Of a DNA stretch of 64,000 nucleotides, positions 50,571 to 63,800 are shown piece after piece. Position 1 is the stretch's first letter. Every line of letters begins with the position of its first letter. A program made the position numbers and the translations under genes. Where the stretch lies: NCBI GenBank assembly GCA_907165135.1, contig OU015566.1, positions 11,160,001 through 11,224,000 of the forward strand, given 5' to 3'. Below the pieces are notes generated by a model that was not told where the DNA came from, did no database searches, and saw nothing but the letters and a program-made list of their open reading frames with translations. This stretch comes from Oikopleura dioica (taxonomy: Eukaryota > Animalia > Chordata).

Positions 50571-51001
50571 ACGACGACTTACTTTCTGCTTATTTTCTTC
50601 CTTACTCGCTTTACCACGAAAAACACTACTCCTCTCCAATGTTCGATGTGCAAACACCTTCAATGATCAACCCAAGAACAACGTCCCTTCCCGACAATCA
50701 ATTTCCTTATCTGCAATTTTAAAAATCCAAAGAAAACATGTGTATTCCCTTAAAAGTTTTTGTTGCCAAATCAACGTTCCTCTCTTTCTTTTTTCGCATG
50801 TAGCAAAATCGCCAATTTTCACAATTTTGCAACCAAATGAGCTTTATTCCCATCAAAGTGAATTTTCCACTAGAGCTCATAAATTCATCTGATTATTTTT
50901 TTTCCTTTCGCTAACTTGATCTACTTGTGCCTAACAATTTCTCTAATCAATTGTTCCTATCAGTCTTCAAAAACGTCAGTTTCATTTTGGCCTTCCTCAG
51001 A

Positions 51002-53473
51002 ATGAGCTTGAAATACAGAGAAAAGTACAGATTTGGCCCGTTCTTCAGCGGGAAAGAACGCGGTGATTGTACTTACTGTGAGTTGACAAACAGATTGTTT
51101 TGCATTTTCGGCGATGCTGTGACTATAATTGATATGAAAACAGGGCAGAAGAAGGATGAAATTTCATTTGAAGGAGATTTAGTCAGTTGTTTACAAATAT
51201 CGAAAGGTAAAAAACGGATCTTTTCTTTAGGGGTTTAATTTTTCTCAGACGGGAGTATTCTGGTGGTTGCTACAAGATCAGGACTTTTGAGACAGTACTC
51301 GACTGATGACTTCCAACTCGAAAGAACTTGGAAATCGCTGCATAATGGCCCGGTCAGAGTTTTAGCGTTTGACCCTACTTCCACTTTTCTTGCGTCTGGT
51401 GGAGCTGATGGAACCGTCAAAGTGTGGGATGTTATCCGCAAGTTTTGCACACACAATCTCAAGGTATTATTTCCATCAGAAATTCATCTCATAACAACCA
51501 TAGGAGCACGAAGGACTCATTCAAACAATTCAATTCCACCCGAAAAAGCTCGAAGTGTTCATTTCCTGCAACAGTCATAAAATTAAACGATGGGATCTCC
51601 TGACATCTTCCGTTGTTTCCGTCTACGACAGTCATGTTTCAAATGTTTCCTCGATTCAGTTTATCGATAACGAGCATTTTCTCTCCTCTGGTCGAGATTC
51701 TGTAGTTTTAAAATGGTCTGTAGAAGATTCAGAAGATGCACTAGAAACGTTGCCGACTTATGAACCGATTGAAGATATGATCATGCTTGACAATGAAAAA
51801 GGATATTTGACAGTTGGCGTCAGAGGGCAAGTGCGGAAGTGGAATTTGGACGGAAAAGAAATCGCTAAAGAGCCAAATCGAAGAGATAAGACTCCAGAAG
51901 AGCCCGATCTTGAATCCTACGTAAAAATCATGAATTGCAAAAGCGGCGCGGTCATTCTCGACAACGGACAGAACTTTCACCAAATCAATGAAAGCTTAGA
52001 ACGACAAATTACTCTTAATGGAAACTTTGAAGAAGTAATTGCGACTGCCTGGTTGAGCGTCGATACCTTCGCCGCGGCTACAAACTCGCCGGAAATTCAT
52101 ATTCGAAACTTGAGCAACGGCCACGCTAGAATTCTTTCAGGACATTCGCATGCTGTTATTTCAATCGATTCTTACGAAAACATGATCATCTCAGGCAGCA
52201 GAGACAACTCGATCAAGCTTTGGATCGAAAACGAAGAAACTGGAGTTTATGAAAACGTAGCCACTGCTGGTGGACATATGGGCGCTGTCACTGGCTTGAA
52301 ATTTTACACGAACGGGGAGCACTTTGTCTCCTGCTCTGAAGACAAAACTGTCAAGTTGTGGAAAGTCGATGGCGAAAACATCTCCTGTGTGTGGACTCAA
52401 TATGATCACGACAAGGCGGTGAATGGAATAGATATTGCACCGAATAATCAACTGATTGCCTCTGCTGGAGCTGGTGAATATTCTTTCAAGACCTCTTTTC
52501 TTAGATTTTTTAGATAAGAAATGCGTCTTGTATCGAGCAAAGGATGGAGCGAAAATCGGAGAGTTTGAGGGGCATCGAAAGGGAATCTGGTGCTGCTCCT
52601 TTTCTCCAGTTGATCAGGTTCTAGCCACCGGATCAGCTGATGGGGACATTAGAATTTGGCATTTGAAGGAGCAGACTTGCATCAAAGCTTTAGAAGGTAA
52701 ATCATTTCATGTCTTTTGTCTTAAAATGATTGAAGGATCTGACTGTTCTGTTTTGGATCTGATCTGGTCAAAATCCGGCGACGATCTGATTTCCTGCGGC
52801 TCAGACGGAGTCATGCGCATTTGGAGCCTGCAAACCGCGCAGCAAACTGAAACGCTCGAAGCTCACACTGAACGATGCTGGGCAATCTCGGGGCAAGAAG
52901 ATCTATCTTTGATAATTTCCGCCGGTGGGGATGGGCAGATTGTTTGCTGGAAAGATTGTACAGAAGCAGTGAGAGAAGAGGAGCAGAAGAATCTGATCGA
53001 GCAACATATGCAAATGCAAACGATGAATAATATGATGCAAACAAAGCAGTTCAAGAAGGCCTTGGAAATTGCCGTCAGATTGGGAAAGCCTGGAGCTGCG
53101 ATGAATGCTTTGAAGGTCCCATTGTTTGCGTATTTTCACAATTTAACAATTTATTCAGGAAATGAGTAAAGAAGATATCAACGAAACAGTCCCCCTTTTG
53201 AAATCTCAGACGAAAATGAAACTCCTGGAGTTCTGCACGACCTGGAACAAGAACTCAAAGACCGCTTACATTGCTCAAATCACCATGGCCTCCATTTTCC
53301 GATCGATACCGCTTGAAGAACTCCTGAAAGACTTCAGCTTGAGGAAGAATGTCGAGGGCCTGTTGCCATTTACAGACAGATATCGAAGAAGAATTGATAA
53401 CTTGAAGATTCAGTCGAGATTCGCCAGCTTTGCGATTTCGACGGTGAAGATTGCGCCGGAAATGGAAAACTGA
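51002..53473 (+). CDS. TBL3: U3 snoRNP WD40 protein TBL3/UTP13
   Basis: Many WD40 repeats; CTHNL; GHRKGIWCCSFSPVDQVLATGSAD; Utp13 C-domain WNKNSKTAYIAQ, LLPFTDR. Confidence 0.93.
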
Positions 53474-53575
53474 GCACTGTCAAATAAAAAAATATATTTA
53501 AAAACTAAAACTCTTTTTCTCGAGTTTTCAGAACGGAAAGAGATTTGAGAAATACTTCATATTTTCTTGTTTAGT

Positions 53576-54540
53576 ATGGAAAATTTGAAAAGACAGTTCG
53601 ATTTCGCAGCCGATCACGTGCAAAATAACGTTTCTAGTGTAAATCAAGATGTATTGATTGAACTATATGGTTATTACAAGCAGGCGACATGTTTTGGGTA
53701 AAAACGCTTTCAAATACTTTTACATGCAATGATAAGGGAATTCGCAGACGCGCCAAAACCAGGCTTTTTGGACTTCAAAGGGAAGAAAAAATATGCATCT
53801 TGGGAGAAGGCGTCAGTTTGCAGTAAAGAGGATGCGATGGAGAGATATGTTGGTTTAGTAAAAGAAAACTTTGCTGATTTCAAGCCAGAATCGGTCCCAG
53901 CCGACTACACCAAGAAACCTTCGAATATCATGGCCAAAAGAGTCTCTCGGATGGCACCGGTGGAACAGCCAAGCTCAGATAAGGAAGATTTATCTGAAAT
54001 CTTGGGAAAGGGTTAAAATCGACTTTGACAGCGTTTTTTTTAAATGTAACAGCCGGGTCATGTTACATTTAAAAAAATGCTGTCTTTGGAAAAGAGTTTT
54101 TGGTAGTTATTTAAAGGAAGTTTGTTTAACCCGGATTAGTGGCGGCGCGAGATGGCGAGGTTTCGAGGATAGAAGAGCTCTTACTGAAGGAACCGCTAAG
54201 TATCGAAAGTGTCGATGACGCGAAAAGGAATGGGTTTATACGTAATTATATATACGGAATTCATGATTAATTATTTCGTTAATAATCTCGGAAAAGAACC
54301 GCTCTTCATTGGGCCGTAGATCGCGAAAACACCGACGTCGTGGAATATTTACTAGGCAAAGCGGAGTATAACGAAACGCTTGTGAATGCGACAGATGAAG
54401 ACGGCTGCACGGCGTTACACTACGCCGCGACAAGTGAAAGTGAGCAAATCCTGAGAATCCTCGTCAAATACGGTGCTGATCCGACTATTGAAGACAACTT
54501 TGGTGAAACGCCGAAGACAATCGCGCCAGGGCTTTTTTAA
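53576..54540 (+). CDS. ACBD6: Acyl-CoA-binding plus ankyrin-repeat protein
   Basis: LYGYYKQAT..KPGFLDFKGKKKYASW; ankyrin LHWAVDR, DGCTALHYAA. Confidence 0.88.
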
Positions 54541-55018
54541 AAGAGCTAGATTCTGTGCTTTATCTGTTCTTCTTCATGTGATAACTTTTTCTGCAGTAAC
54601 AGTAATATATATTTATCCGGTTAAAATTGTATGCTGGGGAATCGTTTCTCCATCCAAAGAAAACATTGACCTTTGACCTTTCCTTTGAAATTTGGCTTTT
54701 CTGAGTTATTCTCATGCTCCCCTAGTTTCTCAAGTCTTATTTTCATTGATACTTTCGTATTCACTCGCTAACCACGCTTCCCACACACTAGAATGACCTC
54801 CTGGCAAGCACCATTCTAGTGCCACTGATAAGGAGCGGCGCGACTTCCCCCGCGGCACCATATTGTAACGTGAAGATTTTATCCTTCAGCCTTTTTTCCT
54901 TGTGGACGAACGTAATTACGGAGATTTCCGATACATGGCCGACAAATCAAATCGCTCGGATCTTCAAGAGGGCTAAGAATAGGAAGATAATAAAGAAATA
55001 AAAAGAAAACAGTGAAAA

Positions 55019-57538
55019 ATGAAGCTAAAGCAACGACTCGCGCTAGCCACTTTTTGTGGAATAGTATTCTTTGGTAAGTAGAAGGCGGATCTTCTACTGC
55101 CATTTCAAATTCTAGCATACAAAGCGATAGATGATCAAAGTTACATATTTGATGCTTTATTGAATACTCCTACAGCTGAAGATATTTTAAAAGAGTAGTG
55201 ATTGGAAATTTTAATGTTCTTATCATTGGATTTCTGTGTAGTACTGCATATTGGGAATTTTTGGGGCGAATAGTTAACGATTCAAATCTGGCCTTACTTA
55301 GGTGAGATATTTTTTAAATGCACGATCTTATCTCACTCATAATTGACCATGATTCTCACTCTTATTTTAAATGATCCAAATCATTATATAATGTCTATAA
55401 AATCCATCTCGGAAGAATGACAAAATCTCCCCTCGTGCAAATTCTTTTCTGACGTGTGTGTTTAGTAATCAAGCCGCTGATTGAACCCGAGGAGGGCGAG
55501 TGGCATCCACGACACCGTCGCCACCACCGCCTCGTTCACCGCGCAGATTATGACAGCTTGGCTGACAGAAAATCGCAGGGTTTTGCGGGTTCGCAGCTAC
55601 ACGGGCCGAACTTTGAGCGACACAAGAATGCTATCAGGTAAGTTTCGACCAGTCATTTTAATCTTCTATTATTTTCTCAGAGAATACCACATGGAAAACG
55701 GAGGAGGTGAAGATCAGCTTTTAAGAAGGGAACATCCTGTCGCTCCAGCCAATCCTGTCATTCCCGCCGCTCCTGTCGCCCCTGTAGCTCAAGAACCCGT
55801 ACCTTTTGTTCAGCAACAGCCGCCAAAACCCGTAGAACCGGTCGCCCCAGTCGCTCCTCAAGTTCCACTAGCTTCCGTAGCCCCGGCCGCTCCCGTTGTT
55901 CCTGCTCAAGAACAACAACCTGCAGCTATCGCTCCAGTTGTTCCTCAAATACCCCAAGAGCCAGTTGCACCGAAGCAAGAAATATCTGCAGTGTCAGTAG
56001 ATAGTAGCGACAAAAATTTCCCATCACTAAAAATAGAATCCAACGTCGACCAAGACGCGATCGACTCTGAAATCAGTCGCATCGTGTTGAACTCAGAGAA
56101 GCCTGCGATGAAAACGAACGCCTGGGAAGTGGCGAGAAATTGGATTCGCCCGCGACTCATCTGTAATTATATTTATCAATCGTAAAAATACTCAAATTTG
56201 GCATGAAATTTCTATCTTTAAAAACTTTTGGTAAATTGGATTGAAGCAATTTTCTGACTTTCCCTTTCAGATCCACAGAATCACCCCCAATTGGGATGGA
56301 TTCTCAACCATGCAGCAACTGTAAAAATCAAGAAAGCAGATATTCTGCCTAAGGGAACCCAGCTAAAGATGCTCGTGTATCTCGAAGGCAACCAAAAAGC
56401 TGTGTTCAAGCCAAAACGATACGAACGGGACTTTCAAGTGCCCGGAAAAGCCTGGAATGGATACGATAGACACAATGCCGAAATCGCTTCGTTTCATTTG
56501 GGTACGATTTCACTCTAGATCATGCAATATTTTATTTTAATCGGATTTTAGACCGAATCCTTAACTTCCGAAGAGCGCCACTTGTGACCGGGCGAGTTGT
56601 TGACTTTACCGAGGAAATAAAGCCCGTGGCGGCGGAAAGACTCTCCAATACTTTCAAAGAAGTCGAAGGAAAGTCCTGCTTCTACGGCGTTTGCTACTAC
56701 TGCAACGAAAATGAATATGCATGCGGTACGTTTTGACCTGAAAACGGCTGAATCAATCATGAAATTTTAGCTGATGAAAACGGAAAGCTCGAAGGAAGTC
56801 TTACTCTTTGGTTCCCAGAAGACAAGAAGCTCGAGAAAATCCGCCATCCTTACCAAAGAACTTATAATGACGAGAAACAAGCGAAATGGGAAACTGATGA
56901 AGAGTATTGCAACAAATATGTGAAGAAGATCGAGCCATACAATAAGGGACCTCGTCTTTTGGACATCATGGACACGTCAGTCTTCGACTTTTTCATCGGC
57001 AATGGAGACAGGTTCTTTCTTCAGAGAAGTTCTGTGATTTAACATGAAGTGTTCAGACATCACTACGAAATATTCAAAGACACGCCCGACGCAATGCTGC
57101 TCCTTTTAGATAATGCAAAGTCCTTTGGGAACGCGACTTTAGATGACTTGTCAATTCTAGCGCCGCTCCGCCAATGCTGCCTGTAAGTGCTCCCCTCACT
57201 CATTCATTTTCAATACAGTTTTTTCATTACTGTATGAAGCAGACTGGCAATCATGATTAATTAGATTGCGACAGTCTACATTCGACCGCTTGGTGTTTTT
57301 GCGAAATGGACTTTTGACGAAGTTTCTGGTCGAGGCGATGAAAACGATCCCATTGCGCCTGTACTTCATAAGTCGCATATTGAAGCGATCAATCGACGAA
57401 TGCCGATTATTTTCCAGACGATTCAATCATGTGTAAATAAGTAAGTTTCTGATAAATTCTTTACGAAACGATACTGACTGGTATTTCAGGCACGGTAAAG
57501 AAAATGTCATCATGGAAGTTTGGAAAGGGCAAGAATAA
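55019..57538 (+). CDS. FAM20B: Glycosaminoglycan xylosylkinase with a long Pro-rich stem
   Basis: MKLKQR plus TM; [62 protein letters not shown]. Confidence 0.93.
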
Positions 57539-57730
57539 ATGATGACCAGTTGCCAAATCGAACCTAATCCTGCTAGCTATCCTTCAGTTTATTCTTTTCT
57601 ATTTGATTCTGTATGTACAATTATCTAGAGTACTTTCTTGAATAGCCTTATTTAAAAAAATCCACGAATACTTATACTAATTTTATATGCAATTATCCTG
57701 TAGGATCAGGCAAAGGCGAGTGAAAAGTAT

Positions 57731-57802
57731 TGAAGAAGCCTGGGGTCGAACCAGGGACCTCCGTGTTCATGAACCGGTGTGCTACCACTGCACTACTTCT
57801 CC
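57731..57802 (-). tRNA. tRNA-like sequence in the 3' LTR (anticodon arm defective; CAT-centred loop)
   Basis: GGAGAAG/CTTCTTC acceptor stem, GTGC/GCAC D-stem, CCTGG-TTCGACC-CCAGG T-arm, TTTT 4 nt downstream. Confidence 0.75.
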
Positions 57803-58091
57803 GGGGACTTTCGAGCCAGTTACTATGCCTAAGAGGAGAGGACCTTCTCCCACAACTCCCCCTAGTAACTGCTCTAACAACTCGTCTTACATATGCCGCC
57901 TTGGGTTTTGGTTCTTTGTCTGGTGCCACGGTCCCCAACCGTTACAAGCCTACCAACCCTCCCAACCTTCAGCTTCTCCTGAGCTACTGAGTGAACCTTT
58001 GTCAATCTCAGCTTAGGGTTTGTTTTGGCTACCTAGACAACCCACTGTCTTCACCAGTTTGTAGGATCAGGCAAAGGCGAGTGAAAAGTAT

Positions 58092-58163
58092 TGAAGAAGC
58101 CTGGGGTCGAACCAGGGACCTCCGTGTTCATGAACCGGTGTGCTACCACTGCACTACTTCTCC
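58092..58163 (-). tRNA. tRNA-like sequence in the 5' LTR (identical copy)
   Basis: Identical to 57731-57802. Confidence 0.75.
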
Positions 58164-60828
58164 GGGGACTTTCGAGCCAGTTACTATGCCTAAGAGGAGA
58201 GGACCTTCTCCCACAATCCAACCACTGCCAATTATAAAAACAACAGGGTAATTAACCGACCCCGATTCTCTTCTGTACTGTCTGTCTTCTTATAAAGCTA
58301 ATCATGCTAATGTCAATATCGACACTTGTATGACCATAATATAATATATTTGCCGGCATTCGCAATAAATATTAAAGAAGCACAGGCGTCAGCACAGCGC
58401 GGACTCTGGCTTTTGCTCTCTTTCTTTTCCTTTGATAAATATTATAGAGAAAGGCCTATTTGCCGACTAAATGGAATGTTTGCAGACCGACATTGATGTT
58501 GCTGGAGTAATGCGTTTTCAGCAGTAAAGAGTCTGAGAAGAGATGGTTATTGAGCAATTACTGAAGAAAGAACTTAAGTTCAGGATGTATTGTAAAGGGG
58601 AACGACAATCGTTGATTCTAGAGCTGGCGAAACCCTTTAAAAGGAGCAGGAATAGATGAAGCTTCGCTTAGGATCATCATCTTCATTTCTTACTTCAGTT
58701 TACTTGATTAGGCCATTTATTCGACCTTTTCTAGCAAGTTCCAAGCCCGCCTAGGAATCGATGCACCTGTAGGGGTGGGTGTTTATTGTTTCTAAAAAGC
58801 GTCACCAAGTGACGGATAAAATTCTTTTGTTGAGGATTGAGGATCAGTCACGCTGTGGAGGGGCAGCAGTAGGTGCCATTCCCTTCGGGGATTCTGAAAG
58901 TCGCCCCCGCTCAGAGCCGAAACTGCGAAAGTGGCTCAGAAGGCTGCGGTCAGAGCTCCGAGATAATCCTCCCATGCCACTTGTCACTGGTGTCATCGCC
59001 GATTTCAATCGCATCCACGAATCGCATAGAGAATACTCCTACCCTTCACAGCGCACCTTTTTAACCGGAAATCAAGGAAGAGAATCGCTTGGCTGGATAC
59101 TTTTGGTCAGAGAAATAACCCGAATTCAATCCGAATTACTAAAAGATCTTTTTCTCGGTTTTTAGGTTCAATTCAATTAATTTAATTTAGGAATCTTTTA
59201 ATAAAATAAAAACGTAATTAGTGTTTAGTAATCACTAATTACGAATGCATATCTTCAGAAAATTTCGAGAATAAATTTCAATACTTCTAGATATGGTGGG
59301 GACCTGAAGAGAATGATGACTTTCTGATTTTTCGGCATCTTCAGAAAGTAAGTTAATTTTTAATCTTAAATAAAAATGAGTCATTGACATTTTAATCGCT
59401 AAATGTCTATGAGTCGGTCAAAGTCGCCAAATTTAATTGGCCCCAGCCACACCTACTCATTCCTGACCATAGGAAAAGCAAGAGAAACTCTGGTAGAAAA
59501 TCAAAAATAGTCAAAGAAGAATTATCCAGAGAAAACTGCTGATTTATTTTAGAGATCACAAAGATAGCGAAACAACTTTCCCACGTGAAAAAGTCTTAAC
59601 TTTCTTTTGAATGCCCTGGAGTTAACTTTTCGAGCTGTTAGGGTGATGGCCAAGGTCAGGGGAAGGTTGGGTTTGGGCGGGTCGTGGGTGGGTTAAGTTA
59701 ACCAAAGGTGGTGTTAATAATTCCAATTCGTGGGTGCCGACCTGTTGCGCCACCAAGTGGAGAGCCGGCAGACGGTCAGATTACGCGGCTACGTGACCAA
59801 AGACGCGGCATCAGACTGCGACGCAGAAGAGAAAGAGAAAATAAGAGAGACTCACTGAATGAGTGAACCACACAGAGACTGCTCGATTCGAAAACACCAC
59901 CTATTTAGACTAATTTTGATGTTTTTCTTGCGCTAGAAACAATTAAATTCCAATTTGAAGATTTCGTCGATAGTTTCTCTGACTCATTTGGCGCTAGAAA
60001 TTCAATTGTTTAAAAATATCTTGGTTAATTTTGATCACTCCTACAGGAAGGCGACATAAGGAGAGTTAGCTCAACCTGTTATTTAGAATTTTACTGAAAA
60101 GATCTTCTCCAAAATTGACAAGAACTTCTGGTCCAGAAGCGCTCGAAAATTCTAGAGAGAACAAAAATCCGCACTCCGTTAGAATCTGGAGCCATCGCAG
60201 ACTCGGACGCATTGTTGAAGTAATTTCTGTCAAGCTCGGGTTTATCGGTGTGCGGCGAGCGCGTCATCGACGAAAGAGATCCTCCCTGAAGACAACGAAG
60301 AGAATCGTATGAAAAAATATTGCCAGTTCTGTTTGAGGTAGTGGGTTGTATCGCTGAGGGAACTGAAACAATATTTAACCCTGGCGCTGCAACAAACTAC
60401 CCCCTACGGTGCTTGGTGGTACTCGCCGAAGGTCATGATTCGTGAATCATGGTACAAATTGTATCGTTATGATCAAAATTGGAACAGATCACTTTTAATT
60501 ACTTTCTTTCTTTATGAATACTCGGATGCTTTCACATCCTGTCAAGTGTCTCTGTAGTGGTTTTCCTACTGTTTTCGCTTCGAAATATGGGATTCTAGCG
60601 CGCGTGGTCAACGTAATTATGCCCAGTGAGCCGTGACGCGCCCAGCGCCAAGGCTACCATTCCATCATGCCTTGACAGCTCCCTTCTCTCTATTCCAGCG
60701 TTGGCGATATGGCCAACGCCGAGTTCGTACGACCAAGTCTAGGTCCGTGCCACCGATGGGTGGTGTCCTATACTATAAAAACGACTGTACCCCTATAATT
60801 TTATCATTCTTTTCCCTGACTTCACAGG

Positions 60829-63800
60829 TATAACATAAAATATTATATATATATTTTATTATTTTCTGCTCACACCTATCAGGGTTAATAAACTTATTCG
60901 AGATTGATTCCCGTGTTCCAATTACTTTCAGTATAAAACCACCATATATTTTGGTGACTGAATTAATCGGTACGCCCAACAAGAGAGATATAAAAAAGAT
61001 ACAAGAGATAAAACATCCGTAAATTTATCAATGACGATCCGTGAATACATACTTATTTATCATTTTTTATTCGATAAAACGGGCATTGTTTTGAATCCTT
61101 AGGCAATTTTACCCGATTTTCTCGATTAGTATGATAATAAGTTTTACTTCCGGAATAAAGTTGATATTTTTTTAATTCGAAAAACGGAATCTCATTGCTC
61201 TCAAATCCGAAAATCGAAAAAAAATCACCTCAACCGGAAATCAAACTGATGATCAAATCCCTGAAAACGACAACTTAAAATCAATGTGTTCTTCATGATA
61301 ATTACCAATCAAATGATCGCTTATCTCAGAAGAAATCATAAAGGTCGTCATGTTCCAAATCCTGAAAGAAGAAATTCAAAGTTCCTTGATTTTAATTATC
61401 ATTCCGGGAAGACTTTAGATTTGAATTCACATAGAAACTCATTCCAAAGAGGTGCCGAAATTCGTGTACGGTTCTGCTATGCAAATGAACCTCGGCCCAT
61501 GGAACTGGTCAAACGGGAAATAATATTGCTCAATCTTCGAAATATTTCTCAGCGTGCTACAGAATGATCTATTCTCATTAACAGAATATAATAGGCGCTA
61601 ATGATCAATCAAGAGTTTAAAGCTCAAAACATTCACAGCTCTGCTCGAAGCTCGAAAAATCGTCTTTATTGCATCTAATGATATAAAAAGAAGATATCAA
61701 AAATTATGAGACGAAGAATTAACCAAGAAATGATGAAGAAAAATGACGGACATTTCATCACAAGCGCAATACAAATTTGGTTTAAAACAATCTTGCTTAA
61801 TGGACTCCGATATGCTGCTCATCAATTTTGGTTGCAGTAGAACAAGCATCCGCTCAGATGTTCCCACTCTTCTACTTGCACCTCTTATCAAGAACCGTCA
61901 AATGTGCCACAAAAGTGTGCAAATTTCGACTCACTCATTGAGGCCACACTTCAATCTTCATCACCAAAGTAAAGCTGAACCTGCTCGTCGTTCAGACGTC
62001 CTCACATGTCCAATAATGTTAACGATCCCTGCTCATCAGATGTAATCAGAACGGAAAAATTGAGACTCTGGTAGAAATTATTATCTTACGTATTAACGGA
62101 AAGATGATCTATGCTCCAAAAAAATGCCTTTCCAAATCTAAGATCTTTAGCTCTTTAAATAGGCAAATTAATAAGAGTTGATTTATAAGTGGATCAGAAA
62201 GAAGGCTATCTCAGCTCTAAGAAGCTCTTAGATAGAAACTGGACATACAAATTATGGCTACTGCTCGCAATGCCTGTCTACTCACGAGAAGTTTTTAACT
62301 CAAATATCACAAGCTATCTTTTCTCGTGATCAACTTGTTCTCCAATAATTGCACGTTGACGATTGAAAACGATACTTGCACATTGCTCACGCTAGAAATC
62401 ATTAGCCAGTGCAACTGCTCAGAAGGTTTTTCGTCAATCATGGAAAGAGTCAGAACAATCACCTGCTCGTGTGATATACGCGTCTGATTACACCGCTCAA
62501 AGAACTTCGTCGCTCGCTCATAAGGACAGAATATTCGCTCAATTACCCTTAGAAAAAGTCTTCATTTATCAAGTCGATTATGCACAAACTGATTGCAATT
62601 AAATATCCATTCACGAAGAAAAATATCGGCGTCATATCAGTCTGATTCGACCGCTCAAACGAAAGACTGCCTTAAGAACAGAATTTATCAAGGAAGATGA
62701 CGTGGCCGAATCACAAGGGAAAGTCCTAAAAGACGAAGTTAAGAACAAGTCTAAAGTTAACTCTCATAAAGATCAACCGCTCCTTGTTGATAGAGATGAG
62801 ATCATTCCTGCTCAGAAGAATGAAAAGTCAAAAATTAGCTCTCATAAAGATCAACCGCTCCTTGTTGATAGAGATGAGATCATTCCTGCTCAGAAGAATG
62901 AAAAGTCAAAAATTAGCTCTCATAAAGATCAACTGCTCCTTGTTGATAGAGATGAGATCATTCCTGCTCAGAAGAATGAAAAGTCAAAAATTAGCTCTCA
63001 TAAAGATCAACCGCTCCTTGTTTATAGAGATGAGATCATTCCTGCTCAGAAGAATGAAAAGTCAAAAATTAGCTCTCATAAAGATCAATCGTTCCTTGTT
63101 GATAGAGATGAGATCATTCCTGCTCAGAAGAATGAAAAGAAGTTAACGAGTCATAAAGATCATAAAGAGCCAAGTGATAGAGATGACTCAGCTCACGACA
63201 ACGTTTGGAAAGATCGTCTCCGCTCACGACGATAGTGTTGTCCTGTGATTAGCTGCTCGACTAATCCTTTAATGGTCTAGAAGTTTTGCTCATAACTCGA
63301 CCTGATTCACAGATAGCTGCTCGACTATCTCGCTCTCAAATCGTCACATTTTCACGACGTGGTGGTGCTCAGATATGCGTTCCCATTATCTAGCCACCGT
63401 TTACTCATAACTGGATTGCTCGCTCTCTCTGTAGTCTAAAGCCCTGCTCACACGACATCGATGTCAATTGGTAAATTGGTTCCTCACAACTTCGGCGATT
63501 CAATGCACAACTGGAAATTGGCTCATAAGAAAAATTTAACTTCCCCGATCAAGCTCAAATGGGAATCCAGCTTACTGGTAATGCTCAACCAGATCGTTAT
63601 TACGAAGTTTTCATGCAGGCCTCTGTGGATTTTTGTTCTCATAACACAGGTAATGTGTTTATCAACTGCGCACACGATAAGTACCTCTTTCCTGAACCTT
63701 GGTCCAGCCTTCTGCAGATGTTTGGCAATGGGTGCAGTTGCCAAAATCACACACAGAAAGTCCTTTTATGAAAAATAAGGCATTCACGATCACAAGTTCC

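Larger units (their letters stand above)
57699..58215 (-). mobile_element. Intact miniature LTR retroelement (TRIM), 517 bp, with a tRNA-like gene in each LTR
   Basis: Identical 156-bp LTRs (57699-57854, 58060-58215) with TG..CA ends; 4-bp TSD atcc; PBS TGGTGAAGACAGTGGG (58056-58041) 3 nt from the 5' LTR; PPT AGGGGGAG next to the 3' LTR; 205-bp non-coding interior. Confidence 0.95.

Noticed and set aside
57801-57813. GAAAGTCCCCGG on the - strand, like RNase MRP conserved region I
   Set aside because: No partner GGGGCT region or MRP framework seen; lies within an LTR
57731-58163. Two functional tRNA-Met or tRNA-His genes
   Set aside because: The anticodon stem is mismatched, and both copies lie within LTRs bounded by a TSD
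57687-58251. Short ORFs over the miniature LTR element
   Set aside because: No gag/pol similarity; by-products of the duplicated LTR
58779-59165. 128-aa ORF as a gene or LINE fragment
   Set aside because: No recognisable motif, ATG start or splice structure
62761-63163. CRISPR-like array
   Set aside because: Contiguous tandem units with no unique spacers, in a eukaryotic context
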